Positions 17,557-27,332 of a stretch of 35,606 nt of DNA are shown in pieces. The position numbers and the translations under genes are program-made. The stretch lies in the sequence record DRR723986_15183; one strand, 5' to 3'. The notes under the pieces are model-generated. The model made no database searches. It saw only the letters and a list, made by a program, of their open reading frames with translations, and had not been told where the DNA came from. Position 1 is the stretch's first letter; each line of letters opens with the position of its first letter.

Positions 17557-20001
17557 ATGAAACTGACTTCTTTTTTTATCCTAACTTTTATTGCTGCCTT
17601 TTCATTTAGTCAATCTAATCATCAAGAGTATAGCTGTCAACTTAATCATAATCATGCATTGCATGAGATTCCGAATCAATTTAGATCGGGATCTGAAAAT
17701 CTTAGAAGTGACACTATTGATGTATTAAACTATGATTTATATATGGATTTCACACAGGCAGGTAGCTCAGTTATCAGCTCTTCGTGTGAAGTAAAGTTTA
17801 CCACCAAAATGGATGTAACCAGTATCAGCTTGGATTTGCTACAGATGACAATAGATTCAATTATTTATCACGGAAACCCAATTTCGTTTGGTTATGACGA
17901 CACATTATTGGTGCCTCATTTTGGATCAACGCTTACTACTGGTACAACAGACAGTTTGAGCATTTATTACACGGGTACTCCTCAACAAGACCCTTCAACA
18001 TTTGGTGGCTTCTATTTTGCAGGTGGATATTATTTTAATTTGGGAGTTGGATTTGAATCCATCCCTCATAATTTTGGTCGAGTTTGGCACCCCTGCTTTG
18101 ATAATTTTGTTGAACGCGCAACTTACGATATTGAAGTATTAACCAATAATGCACAGACAGCTTATTGTGGTGGAACAAGAACCAATGTTCAGTCTGTGGG
18201 TACCGATAGCACCTTAACTACCTGGAGATTAAATACAGCCATCCCGACTTACTTGGCCTCTATTGCTGTTGCTGAATATACCCATGTTGAGGACAATTAC
18301 TTTTCTACATCTCAAGGAATTAATATTCCTGTTTGGCTAACCTCTAAGGCAGCCGATACCACCAATTTCAAGAATTCATTTGTGAATTTGAACAACGCAA
18401 TGAGCACTTACGAAAATCGTTTTGGTCCTTATAATTGGGAAAGAGTTGGATATGTACTTGTGCCTTTTGGAGGTGGTGCCATGGAGCATGCTACGAATAT
18501 TGCATATCCAATAGCAACGATAAATGGTTCATTGGTTTACGAAACCTTAATGGCACATGAACTTTCGCATCACTGGTGGGGCAACTGGGTGACCTGTGAA
18601 ACTGCTGAAGAAATGTGGATTAATGAAGGATTGGCATCATATTGTGAGAGTTTATTTTTAGAAGATGTTTATGGAACAGATGCCTACAAAACCTATGTGC
18701 GCGATAATCATTATAACGTGATACACAAAGCACATATTGATGACCAAGGTTTTTACGCACTGAATGCTGTTCCATTAAACCATACCTATGGTGCCACAAC
18801 TTATAACAAAGGTGCTGATGTCATGCACACTTTAAGGAGTTACATGGGAGACGCTAAGTTTTTTGAAGCCTTACAGAGTGTCCAGATGGCATATGGTGGA
18901 AGTGATGTGTCATCAGAGGAGTTTAGAGATCAGATGAATACCATCTCAGGAGTTGATGTTACTGACTTCTTTAATGATTGGATCATGAATCCTGGATTTT
19001 CACATTTTTCAACTATGAACCTATCGGCCGTTCAAAACGGATCTAATTATGACGTGAATTACGTGATTGTTCAACGTTTAAAAGGAGCTTCAAATTATCA
19101 TAACAATGTACCATTAGAAGTAACTTTCATGGATGAGAATTGGAATGAGCATACTGAAACTGTCATTATGAGTGGTAATTTGATGAATTTCTCTACCTCG
19201 CTTTCATTTGAACCGACCTTTATTGGCATTAATATGGATGACAAAATCAATGATGCAACAACTGCAGAGACTAAAACACTTGGCTCTACAACTGTTTATC
19301 AAATGCCACATGCCAATTCAAGAATTACAGTGACTAGTATTCAAGATTCTTGTCTTTTTAGGGTGACCCATAACTGGATAGCTCCTTACGGCTCTGCTCC
19401 AGCAAATATTGCTTTATCACCAGACAGATATTGGACTATAGATGGATTGAATTTAGATAATTTGGATGGTGAACTAAGGTTTGAATTCAATGCACAACAA
19501 TCGAGCACTGGTGACTTAGACAATGGCTTGCTAGTAGATTTAGGAGGGCAATTATTCACTGAGGATAGTATTAAACTCTTATATAGAGCAGATAACAATG
19601 CGGATTGGGAATTGCATGATGATTTCACCATGGTTCCTTTAGGATCTTACTACGACAAAAAAGGGTTCATCAATACCGGATATTTCAAACCAGGACAATA
19701 TGCCTTTGGTTATGGAACCAATTCTGTTGACATTGATGATAAAATTGAAAGCGCTGAAACCTACACTATCTATCCGAATCCGGCTGATGACAGTATGTTG
19801 GTTGACTTAAGTTCGTGGCCAAACAACAGCTATAATTTCGAAATTTGGGCCATAGACGGTCAGCTTATCAAATCGGTCAAAATTTTTGGAGGACAAAGCA
19901 ATCCCATCAATGTAGAAGATCTAAATTCAGGCACTTACATTGTGATGATCAGTAATGGCATCAACGAAAAATTGGGATCAAAAAGGGTAATTATCAACTA
20001 A
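17557..20001 (+). CDS. M1 family aminopeptidase with T9SS type-A C-terminal sorting domain
   Basis: Signal peptide, IPTYL, GAMEH, HELSHHWWG...WINEG zinc motif, TYNKGA, CTD YTIYPNPA...LNSGTYIV...KRVIIN. Confidence 0.93.
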   Translation: MKLTSFFILTFIAAFSFSQSNHQEYSCQLNHNHALHEIPNQFRSGSENLRSDTIDVLNYDLYMDFTQAGSSVISSSCEVKFTTKMDVTSISLDLLQMTIDSIIYHGNPISFGYDDTLLVPHFGSTLTTGTTDSLSIYYTGTPQQDPSTFGGFYFAGGYYFNLGVGFESIPHNFGRVWHPCFDNFVERATYDIEVLTNNAQTAYCGGTRTNVQSVGTDSTLTTWRLNTAIPTYLASIAVAEYTHVEDNYFSTSQGINIPVWLTSKAADTTNFKNSFVNLNNAMSTYENRFGPYNWERVGYVLVPFGGGAMEHATNIAYPIATINGSLVYETLMAHELSHHWWGNWVTCETAEEMWINEGLASYCESLFLEDVYGTDAYKTYVRDNHYNVIHKAHIDDQGFYALNAVPLNHTYGATTYNKGADVMHTLRSYMGDAKFFEALQSVQMAYGGSDVSSEEFRDQMNTISGVDVTDFFNDWIMNPGFSHFSTMNLSAVQNGSNYDVNYVIVQRLKGASNYHNNVPLEVTFMDENWNEHTETVIMSGNLMNFSTSLSFEPTFIGINMDDKINDATTAETKTLGSTTVYQMPHANSRITVTSIQDSCLFRVTHNWIAPYGSAPANIALSPDRYWTIDGLNLDNLDGELRFEFNAQQSSTGDLDNGLLVDLGGQLFTEDSIKLLYRADNNADWELHDDFTMVPLGSYYDKKGFINTGYFKPGQYAFGYGTNSVDIDDKIESAETYTIYPNPADDSMLVDLSSWPNNSYNFEIWAIDGQLIKSVKIFGGQSNPINVEDLNSGTYIVMISNGINEKLGSKRVIIN

Positions 20002-20850
20002 TTACAAGACCTCTCTCCCTTGCACGAAGGCAAGAGTTCTGCCAACTACCTCATCATTCCATAACATTTTATAATGGCCAATTTTTTCAAATGTGATCAA
20101 TTGGGAATTTTGAATGTCAGAATTGATATCAACTGAATTTTGATAAGGTAAAACCGCATCATGTTTATCATGAATCATCAATAGCCTGTCAAAGTTAATT
20201 TTATCTAAATTGGTGGTCACATCTAAAGTATTGATGGGCGCTCCAAGAATCTTGGTGGTATGTTTAACTAAGGACTTATAGGCTTTCTTTTTTAATCCAA
20301 TGATCTCTTTAAATTCTATAAAAATATCTTCTACCTTGTTAGGATTGGTTAAAAACACCAGCTTATCAACCTCATATTTTCCAGATGCCAAACCATTTGC
20401 AACAACGGCAGATCCAAATGAATGAGAGACCACAGAAAATGCTTCTTTGGGTTGTATAAAATCAACAACTGCTTCAAAAGCCTTTTTGCATTCTAATAAA
20501 TTGGTGGAAGAAGACTTGTAAAAAGCGTGTCCGGGAAGGTTAAAAGTGATGACTCTAAATTTATTTTCAGCAAATTTATAGGCCAGCTTAGACATGCTTC
20601 CAGCATTTGAATCCCAGCCATGCACTAAAAGCACCAATTTTCCATTCGGATCTCCTAATTCAAAACAATCTATCGGTTCTTTATCACAGTGAACTTTAAA
20701 GGCGCGAGCCTCATTAAAGAAGTTTTGTTCTCGCTCACGCACCGATTTTTTTCTAACCTTTTGAAACAGGTCAAAGCTCTTTTTACCCGTTTTTTCAGGA
20801 GCCAATAGTGAACTCAATCCAAAGTAGGTTTTTATCATCATCAATTTCAT
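20002..20850 (-). CDS. Alpha/beta hydrolase (esterase-like)
   Basis: LLVHGWDS oxyanion motif, LPGH, nucleophile elbow SHSFG, HDKHD acid, GHYKML His. Confidence 0.88.
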   Translation of the reverse strand: MKLMMIKTYFGLSSLLAPEKTGKKSFDLFQKVRKKSVREREQNFFNEARAFKVHCDKEPIDCFELGDPNGKLVLLVHGWDSNAGSMSKLAYKFAENKFRVITFNLPGHAFYKSSSTNLLECKKAFEAVVDFIQPKEAFSVVSHSFGSAVVANGLASGKYEVDKLVFLTNPNKVEDIFIEFKEIIGLKKKAYKSLVKHTTKILGAPINTLDVTTNLDKINFDRLLMIHDKHDAVLPYQNSVDINSDIQNSQLITFEKIGHYKMLWNDEVVGRTLAFVQGREVL

Positions 20851-20863
20851 ATCTTCTTTTTTT

Positions 20864-20877
20864 ATACCGTTCGGTAT
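20864..20877. promoter_or_regulatory. Putative TetR operator ATACCG-TT-CGGTAT
   Basis: Palindrome 13 nt upstream of the hydrolase start; near-identical copy at 21517-21530. Confidence 0.8.
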
Positions 20878-20895
20878 TTTTTTAGTTAAAAAAAT

Positions 20896-21492
20896 TTAGA
20901 CAACCAGTTCAGCCTTAATAACGGCATCAATATGGTTCATCATTTCGTTCAAGTAAGTATCGTTATTCATAGTAACAGTCATAAAAACAGCACCTTCAAT
21001 TATGGTATAAATTAGCCTCCCATATTTTTGAGCGTCCGCATCTTTTTTAATCTCACCGGCCTCTTGACCTTTGACAATCATTTTGGTTATTAAGTACTGC
21101 AGTTTAGAAATTACTTCTTGCACTCTCTCTAACAAAGCGGGGTTATCATGATTGGCATCCACGCCTATATTCACAATTGGGCATCCTCCAAACTCGATAG
21201 TATACGCCCGGTATCTTCTGTAAAAATTGGTTAATCCGTACAGTTGATTTAAAGGAGATTCAATGGCAGATAATTCTTGACTGATTTGGTTCACCACCCG
21301 ATCAACATTGTATTTAAACGCCACGAAAGCGAGTTCCTCTTTATTTGTGAAATTGCCATAAATCGCTCCTTTGGTTAATCCCGTAGCCTTGGTTAAATCA
21401 GACATGGATGTGCCTGAATAGCCGTGTTTATTGAAAATCGGAGCTACCGTTTTAATGATATGTTCAGAAGTTAATTCTGCCTTTGTTGCCAT
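20896..21492 (-). CDS. TetR/AcrR family transcriptional regulator
   Basis: FNKHGYSGTSMSDLTKATGLTKGAIYGNFTNKEEL HTH; GGCP motif in the ligand domain. Confidence 0.95.
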   Translation of the reverse strand: MATKAELTSEHIIKTVAPIFNKHGYSGTSMSDLTKATGLTKGAIYGNFTNKEELAFVAFKYNVDRVVNQISQELSAIESPLNQLYGLTNFYRRYRAYTIEFGGCPIVNIGVDANHDNPALLERVQEVISKLQYLITKMIVKGQEAGEIKKDADAQKYGRLIYTIIEGAVFMTVTMNNDTYLNEMMNHIDAVIKAELVV

Positions 21493-21500
21493 TTACAGCA

Positions 21501-21531
21501 CAAAGATATAAAAAATATACCGATTGGTATA
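21501..21531 (-). promoter_or_regulatory. tetR promoter: -7 element TATCTTTG (21501-21508) with operator TATACC-GATT-GGTATA (21516-21531)
   Basis: Operator sits between the -7 and expected -33 positions, the classic autorepression layout. Confidence 0.8.
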
Positions 21532-21535
21532 ATTA

Positions 21536-22648
21536 TTATTCAAAGTCAACATCATATTTAGGCAATCCTAACTTTCGCATGAACTGAAAATGACTCCTCA
21601 GGGCTGTATAGAACGATTTTTCGTGATTGTAAACCACATCATGTTCTAAGGCTGTTTCTTGCACAATTTTAGAGATGGCAGCATAATGTATGTGACAAAT
21701 ATGGGGGAATAAATGATGTTCTATTTGATGATTTAATCCACCAACACACCAAGTAAATAATTTGCTACTTGTCCCAAAATTAGTGGTCGTTTTCATTTGA
21801 TGCACTGCCCAGCTATTTTCTAATGTTCCTGACTCATCTACTTCAAAAAAGTCGGTTGCTTCGGTAATGTGGGCTGCCTGAAAAACGAGGGCAAGAATAA
21901 TTCCGCTCACATAATGCATGCTCAAAAATCCTAGCAAAGTTTGCCACCAAGGAATATCAATAATTAATATAGGCAACACTAGCATTAAACTGTAATATCC
22001 AATCTTAATAAGAATCATTTGGAACAAAGCTGAACGGTATTTAATGTTTTGACCTGGTAAAAGATTCAACTTATTGTATCTTGAAAGCTGTTCAAAATCT
22101 TTACTCACTAATCGGTGCAAGGTCAATAATCCATACAATAAAACGGAATAAACCACTTGAAATCTGTAGGCCCATTTCCTTTTCTCATTTGGCGAAAAAC
22201 GCATAATCTCATTTGAAATATCCTCATCTTTTTGATGAACATTGGTATAGGTATGATGCAGCACATTATGTTGAATTTTCCACGTCAAGTGATAAGCTCC
22301 GAGCAAATCCATAGTATATCCTAAACGATTGTTTAACCTTTGATTTTTTGAGTAAGCACCATGATTCGCGTCATGCATAACGGTCAAGCCAATTCCTGCC
22401 ATCCCGAACCCCATGATTATCCACATTCCAAATAATAGTATTGTTGAGTCAATTAGTCCTGAAAGCAAAAAACAAAAAGGCACATAATACAACATCAACA
22501 TAAATACGGTTTTTACCCGCATCCCTGGCGTAGCATACTTTGAAATTCCATTACTTTTAAAATGAGCATCTACCCTTTTTCTTAAATCTTTAATAAATTC
22601 AGGACGATCTTTCGTATTGAAACGAATTACAGTTGAGTTGCTTGACAT
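21536..22648 (-). CDS. Membrane fatty-acid (acyl-CoA/acyl-lipid) desaturase, front-end-like
   Basis: Three His boxes HDANH, HNVLHH, QIEHH; no fused cytochrome b5 domain. Confidence 0.92.
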   Translation of the reverse strand: MSSNSTVIRFNTKDRPEFIKDLRKRVDAHFKSNGISKYATPGMRVKTVFMLMLYYVPFCFLLSGLIDSTILLFGMWIIMGFGMAGIGLTVMHDANHGAYSKNQRLNNRLGYTMDLLGAYHLTWKIQHNVLHHTYTNVHQKDEDISNEIMRFSPNEKRKWAYRFQVVYSVLLYGLLTLHRLVSKDFEQLSRYNKLNLLPGQNIKYRSALFQMILIKIGYYSLMLVLPILIIDIPWWQTLLGFLSMHYVSGIILALVFQAAHITEATDFFEVDESGTLENSWAVHQMKTTTNFGTSSKLFTWCVGGLNHQIEHHLFPHICHIHYAAISKIVQETALEHDVVYNHEKSFYTALRSHFQFMRKLGLPKYDVDFE

Positions 22649-22737
22649 GAAGAAGCTTAGTTTTTGGTAATATACCTTGAACTAATGAACGAGCAACGTA
22701 TAAATCGATTTAATTAGGAATTAAGTTTCGGTAAATA

Positions 22738-24615
22738 CTAGACGTACTCCGATAATTCAAGCCATCTCATTTCTTTATCTTCAATGAGTTGACCAATTTC
22801 ACCAAGACGTTTTGCTATTTCATTAACCTCTTCAGAATTTTGACCTCCGGCGTTCAATTGTTGTGTGAGCTCATCACGCTCCATCTCTAATTCGGCAATC
22901 TCATTTTCTAAGCCATTATACTCCTGCTGTTCTTTATAAGAAAGTTTCTTTTTTTCTTGTGGAGTTTCTACAGTTTCAGTTTTTACTTCGGGAGCAGCCT
23001 TTGCTGTTTTAGCTGCTTTTTTTGCTTCTGAATCTTTATTTTTTAAGAATTTTCGATAGGCCGTATAATTACCGAGAATATCCTTAACTCTTCCTTCGCC
23101 TTCAAAATAAAAAGTATGTTCAACTAGCTTATCTAAAAAGTATCTGTCGTGCGAGACGATAATGAGACATCCTTCAAATTCTGCCAAGTAATCTTCTAAA
23201 ACGCCTAATATGAAAATATCCAGGTCGTTGGTTGGCTCATCAAGAATTAAGAAGTTGGGGTTCTTCATTAAAATCGTCATCAGATAGAGACGTTTTTTCT
23301 CTCCACCACTCAATTTCTCTACTTGGTTAAAATGCATATCTCTAGGGAAAAGAAATTTCTCTAGAAATTGGGCGGCAGACATTTTCTTGCCTTTACTTAA
23401 AGGAATAAATTCGGCAATATCTCTAATCACTTCAATGACCCGTTGATCATCCTTAAACTTCATTCCATCTTGATGGTAGTAACCCAAAACAACTGTATCA
23501 CCTACAACTACCTTACCTTTTGAAGGTTCTACAGCTCCCGTGATCATGTTCAAAAAAGTAGATTTACCTGTTCCGTTACCACCAACAATTCCAATTTTTT
23601 CGCCACGCTTAAAAACGTAGCTGAAATCGTTGAGAATCTTTTTATCTCCGAAGTTCTTACCCAACTTATGCAGTTCAATGATTTTAGAACCCAGTCTGTT
23701 CATTTGAACGCGGATTTCCATCTCGTCTTTTTTGACTTTTTGTGTTGCCACAGCTTTTAAGTCATCAAATGCGTCTACACGGGCCTTTTGTTTGGTTCCT
23801 CTTGCCTTAGGCTGCCTTCTAATCCAATCTAATTCGGTGCGCATCAGATTTTTAGCTTTCCCAATTGTCGCGGCCAATATTTCTTGTCTTTCAGCTTTCT
23901 TTTCAAGGTAATAAGAAAAGTTACCGTTGTACTTATAAATGGTTTTATCCTCCAATTCGAAAATAGTGTTGCACACAACTTCTAAAAAATAACGGTCGTG
24001 CGTCACCATAATAATGGTGGAATCGGATTTAGAAAGATATTCTTCAAGCCATTCAATCATATCCAAATCCAAATGATTTGTTGGCTCATCAAGGATCATG
24101 ATATCTGGTTCATTGATCAGCACTTTTGCTAGTGCTACTCGCTTTTTTTGACCACCCGATAATTCACCGATTAACTTATGCTTTTCTTCTAGCTTTAATT
24201 GAGATAGAATTGTATTGATTTTTACATCATAATCCCAAGCATTCAAGGCGTTCATGCGCTCAAACGCCTTTTCGTAGAAATCAGTATCATTAGGATCGGC
24301 AATTGCCTTCTCGTAATCTTTAATTGCTCTGGTTTCTTGCGTATCGGTATCCAGAACTTCATTAAAAATAGTCTGCTTAGGATTAAAGTTTTCAGCTTGC
24401 TCCAGGTAATCAACTCGAATTCCGTTTCTGTAAACAATTCGTCCAGAATCTTCAGTTCCGTCTCCACATAATATTTTAAGTAAGGTGGATTTACCGTTTC
24501 CGTTTTTTGCAACAATCGCTACTTTATCTCCTTTGTCAATTCCAAATGTGAGATCTTCAAAAATTACTCGTACTCCGAATGACTTTGTGAGGTTTTCTAC
24601 CGAGAGATAATTCAT
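22738..24615 (-). CDS. ABC-F family ATPase (Uup/YfmR-like)
   Basis: Two NBDs (AKNGNGKST / GGNGTGKST; LSGGQKKR / LSGGEKKR; LDEPTN), linker WIRRQPKARGTKQKAR, coiled-coil CTD KKLSYKEQ...RWLEL; no TMs. Confidence 0.93.
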   Translation of the reverse strand: MNYLSVENLTKSFGVRVIFEDLTFGIDKGDKVAIVAKNGNGKSTLLKILCGDGTEDSGRIVYRNGIRVDYLEQAENFNPKQTIFNEVLDTDTQETRAIKDYEKAIADPNDTDFYEKAFERMNALNAWDYDVKINTILSQLKLEEKHKLIGELSGGQKKRVALAKVLINEPDIMILDEPTNHLDLDMIEWLEEYLSKSDSTIIMVTHDRYFLEVVCNTIFELEDKTIYKYNGNFSYYLEKKAERQEILAATIGKAKNLMRTELDWIRRQPKARGTKQKARVDAFDDLKAVATQKVKKDEMEIRVQMNRLGSKIIELHKLGKNFGDKKILNDFSYVFKRGEKIGIVGGNGTGKSTFLNMITGAVEPSKGKVVVGDTVVLGYYHQDGMKFKDDQRVIEVIRDIAEFIPLSKGKKMSAAQFLEKFLFPRDMHFNQVEKLSGGEKKRLYLMTILMKNPNFLILDEPTNDLDIFILGVLEDYLAEFEGCLIIVSHDRYFLDKLVEHTFYFEGEGRVKDILGNYTAYRKFLKNKDSEAKKAAKTAKAAPEVKTETVETPQEKKKLSYKEQQEYNGLENEIAELEMERDELTQQLNAGGQNSEEVNEIAKRLGEIGQLIEDKEMRWLELSEYV

Positions 24616-25148
24616 TATCTAATTCGGTCTATTGATTGTAACAGCTTTTCGTCATTTTTAATTCCACGAATTGCTAAATATAGAAATGGGATAGTAGGTA
24701 TCAATAAAAAGAAGCCCATTCCCATATTGAAAGTAACGTCAACTTCTCCCAAAAATTGGGCTTGCATTGCCTCTACAAACATGGGTTGACCCAAATAGAA
24801 AAAAGAGTAAAAAGCAATTACAATGATGATATGGAAAATGAAATTCAATCTGCACAACATTAACTGCCGTTTTCTTTTTTTATACATCATGATACTTGCT
24901 GCTGTTAGCAGTGCTAGGGATATGATTACACCCCAAACCGGAATTTCAATGTTTTCGTTTTTTTGAAAAGTCATTCCTTCAGCGTCAACAGTTGGAACGC
25001 CCGCAACTGAAAAACCGTGCGAATCAAATACTCCTGTTACGGAAATTGAATCATAAGTTGTTGTCACCGAGAATAACGGAAAAAACAACAACATCACCAT
25101 GCAGATAAATGCCAGTAATAAATAGATTGTTTGTACTCTTTGAATCAT
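24615..25148 (-). CDS. DUF4293 family membrane protein
   Basis: MIQRVQTIYLLL, YKKRKRQ, LAIRGIKNDEKLLQSIDRIR; TAATG stop/start overlap with ABC-F. Confidence 0.88.
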   Translation of the reverse strand: MIQRVQTIYLLLAFICMVMLLFFPLFSVTTTYDSISVTGVFDSHGFSVAGVPTVDAEGMTFQKNENIEIPVWGVIISLALLTAASIMMYKKRKRQLMLCRLNFIFHIIIVIAFYSFFYLGQPMFVEAMQAQFLGEVDVTFNMGMGFFLLIPTIPFLYLAIRGIKNDEKLLQSIDRIR

Positions 25149-25170
25149 GAGATTAGTTTAAAGTTCGAAG

Positions 25171-25746
25171 TTATAAATTATTCAAGAACGAAACCAGTTG
25201 TTGAATTGCCTTAGCCCGGTGAGAGATTTTATTTTTTTCTTCCAAGCTCATTTCAGAAAATGTTTTATCGAAACCTTCAGGTTTGAAAATGGGGTCATAA
25301 CCAAATCCCTCTTCTCCAGATTTATTCCTGGTAATTTCACCTTTTGCAATCCCTTCAAATTGATGCTCAACGCCATTTAACCTTAAAGAAATAACTGTTC
25401 TAAACTGCGCTTTACGATTCGTTTCATTTTCTAATTTTTGAAGCAACAAATTCATATTGTCATCAGAATCCTTGGCTTCTCCAGCATAGCGGGCTGATTT
25501 AACCCCAGGCTCTCCATGAAGCGCTTCCACTTCAAGACCCGTATCATCAGCAAAACAATCCACCTGATAATTTTCAACCACAAAATTGGATTTTAAACTA
25601 GCATTCCCCTCAAGCGTTAAGGCTGTTTCTGGGATATCTTCAAAACACCCTATCTCCTTCAAAGTTTGCACGTTAAAATTTGCAGGAAGTAGTTTAGCAA
25701 TTTCTTTTGCTTTGTTTTGGTTTTGAGTGGCAAATACTAAATTCAT
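25171..25746 (-). CDS. rdgB: Non-canonical purine NTP pyrophosphatase (RdgB/HAM1)
   Basis: [41 protein letters not shown]; start taken at MNLVFAT (25746). Confidence 0.95.
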   Translation of the reverse strand: MNLVFATQNQNKAKEIAKLLPANFNVQTLKEIGCFEDIPETALTLEGNASLKSNFVVENYQVDCFADDTGLEVEALHGEPGVKSARYAGEAKDSDDNMNLLLQKLENETNRKAQFRTVISLRLNGVEHQFEGIAKGEITRNKSGEEGFGYDPIFKPEGFDKTFSEMSLEEKNKISHRAKAIQQLVSFLNNL

Positions 25747-25813
25747 AGACAAGTGTGTACAACTAATCGAAAAGATCAAAATCTACCCGAAAAATATGCG
25801 TTAATTTACTTTG

Positions 25814-25821
25814 CAAAAGTA
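25814..25821 (-). promoter_or_regulatory. -7 element (TACTTTTG) for the rdgB operon
   Basis: caaaagta on +, within the imperfect palindrome TACTTTGCAAAAGTA in the divergent rdgB/wzx gap. Confidence 0.5.
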
Positions 25822-25836
25822 CGTGTTAATTAGATA

Positions 25837-27288
25837 ATGTTAAGGGATTTAGTAAAAGAAGGTGGATTATACACTGTGGCGAATTTATTGACCAAAGGTG
25901 TCAGTCTATTTTTGATCCCATTTTACACTGCTTATTTTAGCCCGGCAGACTACGGGGTAATTGATATTCTAAATCTTTTCACCCTTTTTATCACTGCCAT
26001 TTTCAGCTTGCAATTGAACCAAGGTCTGGCGCGATATGTGGCCGAACCAACTCTAGATGAAAATCAAAAAATCACTTTTGCTTCAACAGCGGTTTGGTTT
26101 TCTTTTTTCGTGTTATTGGGTATCACTTTATTCTTGTACCTTCTACCTGACGAATTTATCAAGCGACTTTCTAGTGACGACTTAACAATTGACAAAGGCA
26201 CTTACCTCTTAGCAGTTTTGACCATCTTTTTAAACGGCATGTTCTATTTGTTGGGAGTGCATTTAAGGTTTTTAAGGATGTCGAAAGCCTTTGCCCTAAT
26301 CTCTTTTATTCATGCAATTTCAGGAATAGGTCTTATTCTTACATTAGTTCTGGCATTTGATTATGGAATAGAAAGTATTTATCTGAGTTACCTTCTTGCC
26401 GTACCTCCCCTACTAGTCGTTCAAATATATTTGTTGCGACATCACATTAAGTTCACATTTAGTGTCACGTCTTTAAAGCGATTATTGACCTATAGTGTCC
26501 CATTAATCCCAGCAGCCATTGCAACAATGCTCATGAATTTTGCAGATAGAATTTACATAAAAAGGCACTTGGATTTCACGGATTTGGGAATATATGCCAT
26601 GGCTGGGAAATTTGCCTCCATTGTTGGATTGATCGTTGCAGGCTTCACTATGGCTATCGCACCTTTAGTAATCAATAAGCAATATGAATCAACAACTAAA
26701 ACTGAGCTTAGCAGAATATTCAACCTATATATCTCGATAGGAACTTTAGGAGTTTTGGGGTTATCTTTATATTCTAAAGAAATATTAACCCTGCTAACAA
26801 CAAAAGAATTTCATGGGGCTTATGAGGTCATGCCCATACTATTCTTAACTGCCTATTTCGTAGGTTTTTTAATGTTTTCACTTGGTATTACCCTTGAAAA
26901 GAAAACGATTCTGACAGCCATACTCGTTTCTATTTTTGCTGGATTAAATATTGCATTGAATCACTTTTTTGTACCTAATTATGGTTCAATGGGAGCGGCC
27001 GTTGGTACTTGTATTTCCACAGCTGGTTATTATTTAATCACATTTTATTATTCTCAAAAATATTACCCATTTCATTTTAACAAAAAACTTATCGGCTTCA
27101 TTTCACTAACTCATTTAGGTTTGATTATAGGGTTGTTATTTTGGAATCCGGAGATGTCAATAACCAATTTCATGCTTAAAGGCCTCATCTTTGTTGCTTA
27201 TTTTAGCACCTTAGTTTATTCCAAATTGTTGGATTTAAATTTGTTTATTAACTATTTTAAAGGAATGACTAAAAACGATAACAAATGA
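25837..27288 (+). CDS. wzx: Oligosaccharide flippase (Wzx, MOP/PST family)
   Basis: LIPFYTAYFSPADYG, LLTYSVPLIP, ADRIYI, LGIYAMA, LNHFFVPNYGSMGAA; 12-14 TMs. Confidence 0.9.
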   Translation: MLRDLVKEGGLYTVANLLTKGVSLFLIPFYTAYFSPADYGVIDILNLFTLFITAIFSLQLNQGLARYVAEPTLDENQKITFASTAVWFSFFVLLGITLFLYLLPDEFIKRLSSDDLTIDKGTYLLAVLTIFLNGMFYLLGVHLRFLRMSKAFALISFIHAISGIGLILTLVLAFDYGIESIYLSYLLAVPPLLVVQIYLLRHHIKFTFSVTSLKRLLTYSVPLIPAAIATMLMNFADRIYIKRHLDFTDLGIYAMAGKFASIVGLIVAGFTMAIAPLVINKQYESTTKTELSRIFNLYISIGTLGVLGLSLYSKEILTLLTTKEFHGAYEVMPILFLTAYFVGFLMFSLGITLEKKTILTAILVSIFAGLNIALNHFFVPNYGSMGAAVGTCISTAGYYLITFYYSQKYYPFHFNKKLIGFISLTHLGLIIGLLFWNPEMSITNFMLKGLIFVAYFSTLVYSKLLDLNLFINYFKGMTKNDNK

Positions 27289-27332
27289 TTATGCTCTATT
27301 TAATAAATTCTTTAGATTGAGATTAGAATGAA

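Noticed and set aside
20861..20880. Resemblance of TACCGTTCG to an engineered lox71/lox66 arm
   Set aside because: No loxP spacer or second arm; explained by the TetR operator
22738..24615. Antibiotic-resistance ABC-F
   Set aside because: Linker and C-terminal coiled coil fit housekeeping Uup-like proteins, and it sits in a housekeeping operon
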